Positions 33,129-35,490 of a DNA stretch of 35,490 bases are shown here, one piece after another (the stretch's first letter is position 1; the number at the start of each line of letters is the position of its first letter). The stretch is from Catajapyx aquilonaris (lineage: Eukaryota): contig KZ539055.1 of the NCBI GenBank assembly GCA_000934665.2, positions 1 to 35,490 of the forward strand, given 5' to 3'. The notes below the pieces were generated by a model. The model was not told the origin of the DNA. It ran no database searches and was given only the letters and a program-made list of their open reading frames with translations. A program made the translations under genes and the position numbers.

Positions 33129-34080
33129 CTGGAAAGTAGATTTAAAATTGTTAGTTTCCAACAATTTTCCATTATAAAAGGAACTACTTTCTATAAAAAA
33201 TTATTGTGGTACTGTGCAAAATCAACCCTGGCAGGGATCCTTACTTGGGGTAGACCTAGCCAAAATCTACTATACCCTCACGCCAGCAGCAATTCACATA
33301 AACCAGTGACAGCCATTCTTTATTTCCCATTGTGCTGCCTATGGCTGGTGGGCGGGTGGGCCAACCTTATGCAAACCAGTAACTTGATGTTCATTACCTT
33401 TCAAACTGTAACCTTTCCCCCCCATCTCAGCCATTCTACTCCAAGTGAGCATACATGAGCCCACACAAAAACAGTAATATTTTTGACATAAGGGCCATCT
33501 GAGCCGAGAAGAAGAGCGAATTCACAGTTCCCGAAACTCAACTAGCTAAAAACTAGCTAATTAATGCATGGATGTGCCCAGATAATAGTAAAACAACAGG
33601 CTAATCTGAAAATTGTCCTAGACACCGTAAAAAGGAGCTACCCAGAGGGTTTTAATTAATTACAGCTGTGCATAGTGTATGCTGCTTTAATACAGTTTAA
33701 TCAATATAATTAAACTTGAAATAGATTTTTAGTTCGACTTCCAGAAAAAGTATATTTCATGTCTTTGTTTGCAAGTACATTGACATTCTTTGGAACATTT
33801 AATTCTAACTTTCTATTTTTGGCAATACACATGTAATCCGATTCTTGTTAATTGAGAATCCTGTGTATTTCTGTGTTATTGGACTAAGAACTAAGGTTAT
33901 TTATCACTTCCAGTACTTTCAGAAGTTGATCGACTTATTTCTGAATAGTCAATGTTAAAACAACTTCAACAGAATAAACTGTCAAGCACTGTAGTCTAAC
34001 ATTCCCAATCATCTCAGGCAACTTGGGCATGGAAATAGTAGTTACTTGCAACTAAAAATATCTTAATACTGCCTGCTTAC

Positions 34081-34111
34081 TGAAAAAAACCAAACTGTTC
34101 AGTTTGGCCAT
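34081..34111 (-). CDS. UQCRC2: Candidate first coding exon of UQCRC2 (MAKLNSLVFF...)
   Basis: tttatag|CTCACG ATG GCC AAA CTG AAC AGT TTG GTT TTT TTC A|gtaagc: good start context and a presequence-like composition. The strong donor is 1 nt out of phase; a weaker in-phase donor exists at 34069. Confidence 0.45.
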
Positions 34112-34433
34112 CGTGAGCTATAAATACACATGAATTCGCACCTAAAACTATAATCATAATCAATAACTGTGAGACAACATGTGTTGTGAGTGGGACGCAG
34201 CCCCATGGGGGGGGGGGGGGGGGGGGNGGGGGGGGGGGGGGGGGGGGGGGCAAGTCCCCCCGCCTCGCAAAGTAATGTCATAAAATTTATTCACACTGCC
34301 TTTACTATAGGGCATGTCGTATTAAAATTCGAGCTGTCTCCAAGTTTCTTGTACTAGAGTGCACCAGGTGTGACCATATTTCCAACCCCTCGTTCACTCT
34401 ACAAAATCTGCTCCACAGCATATGTTGGCGTTA

Positions 34434-34738
34434 GGCCTGGTTCACACGTGGCCACTTTTAGTGGTATACGCTCGCCACAGCAACTGGCCACCATTGCTTG
34501 TACACAGGATTAAATGGGAGCATTCACACGTGGCCACTGCAGTGGCGAGGGTAGGCATCTGTGGGCTCGGAGTGGCTTGGAAGTTGCTCGACCGCGCGAT
34601 TGCGTGGCAAGCCCGAGCGTCTTTGCTCCTACAAGAGCTCAAGGCCAGGCGCCACTCGGTAGTAGACCACTGGTTTGCATTGGTGCATTCACACGGAGCC
34701 ACAGCAACAGGCCCACAGGCCCAGTCATATGTCCACGC
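34434..34738. mobile_element. Left part of a probable Harbinger-type MITE
   Basis: TTA|GGCCTGGTTCACACGTGGCCAC start and internal repeats of TTCACACG(T)GG. Right end not seen. Confidence 0.35.
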
Positions 34739-34740
34739 TA

Positions 34741-35404
34741 CAGGGTCATTGAAAAAGAATGTCCCATTTTAAAAACCATATAACTCGAAAACTTGTAAAG
34801 ATATCTTAATGATTTAAGTTTTGAAATGTTAAGAAATGTCTCAAGTTCTGGTCTTACCATATCGTTTGTTTCGATATGAGCTCCATTTGTCACTCAAAAA
34901 AGGTAAATATGGTTATCGGTGTCCTGCCTAACCCGCTCAGGCATGTCTGGCGTTACCGCTGAAATCTTTTCTCGTAGCTGATGGTGGTGCCGAATCCTGT
35001 CACCATACATGTGTCTCCACAAAAAAGTCCATTGGGGTAAAATCTGGGCTTCTGGAGGGGCTTTGCATGGAGAAATTTCTCATACGAGACTTCTCACACT
35101 GGGAAGCTGAACAAATAAAAATTTTCTACGGCAAGTTTATTTCATGGATAAGGTGACTTTTTTATTTGAATCATCAAGAACAATGTCTGTGGTGTAAATA
35201 TCAGAGATATCCAGCACCTACGGGATAGGATTGCAATCGTAACTCCAGATGTGATTGATAGGGTTTGTCCCAACACCGAATACAAGCCTTTTAATCTGCC
35301 TAGCGATAAATGAAGCGCATGTCGACAAAACTTAAATCATTCAGATATGTCTGCAAGTTTTCGAGTTATAGGTTTTAATGGGACATTCTATTTCGATGAC
35401 CCTG
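34741..35404 (-). mobile_element. Deleted Tc1/mariner-superfamily element with transposase C-terminal remnant
   Basis: TA TSD; ~60-bp TIR CAGGGTCATTGAAAAAGAATGTCCCATT...TAACTCGAAAACTTG; minus-strand remnants PSRSPDFTPMDFF and TNGAHIE. Confidence 0.88.
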
Positions 35405-35490
35405 TATTTCATGCCGGGAGGAAAGGGCAGTTAACCACCTTGGATTGTGCAATTAGCGAAGGAAATTAATATTGAAAGGGGTGGGGGGGG

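Noticed and set aside
34207..34250. Long poly-G tract as a G-quadruplex element
   Set aside because: It contains an N, and other G runs abut N-gaps, so its length is probably unreliable.

Overview
Repeat-rich, intron-containing eukaryotic DNA, most likely from an arthropod (insect or crustacean, judged from the protein sequence and SINE types). The only clear host gene is UQCRC2 (cytochrome b-c1 core subunit 2) on the minus strand. Seven GT-AG exons between 33128 and 19959 splice in phase into a recognisable M16-family core-2 protein. A candidate start exon lies at ~34081-34111; the expected last exon (~27 codons) was not found. Most of the rest is nested mobile DNA: tRNA-derived SINEs with target-site duplications (TSDs) and non-autonomous elements of Sola-, Kolobok-, piggyBac-, hAT-, P-, Harbinger-, Tc1/mariner- and pogo-like type, plus several near-perfect palindromes. 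The most notable observations are: (1) a decayed Helitron/Helentron-type PIF1 helicase directly followed by a frameshifted USP/C19 deubiquitinase-like domain (503-1450, minus); (2) a tRNA-Gln-derived gene with A/B boxes, a terminator and compensatory stem changes but a 6-nt anticodon loop (19742-19812, minus); (3) a tRNA-Met-like unit inside a 217-bp fold-back carried by a DNA transposon. All family assignments come from manual motif reading, not database searches.
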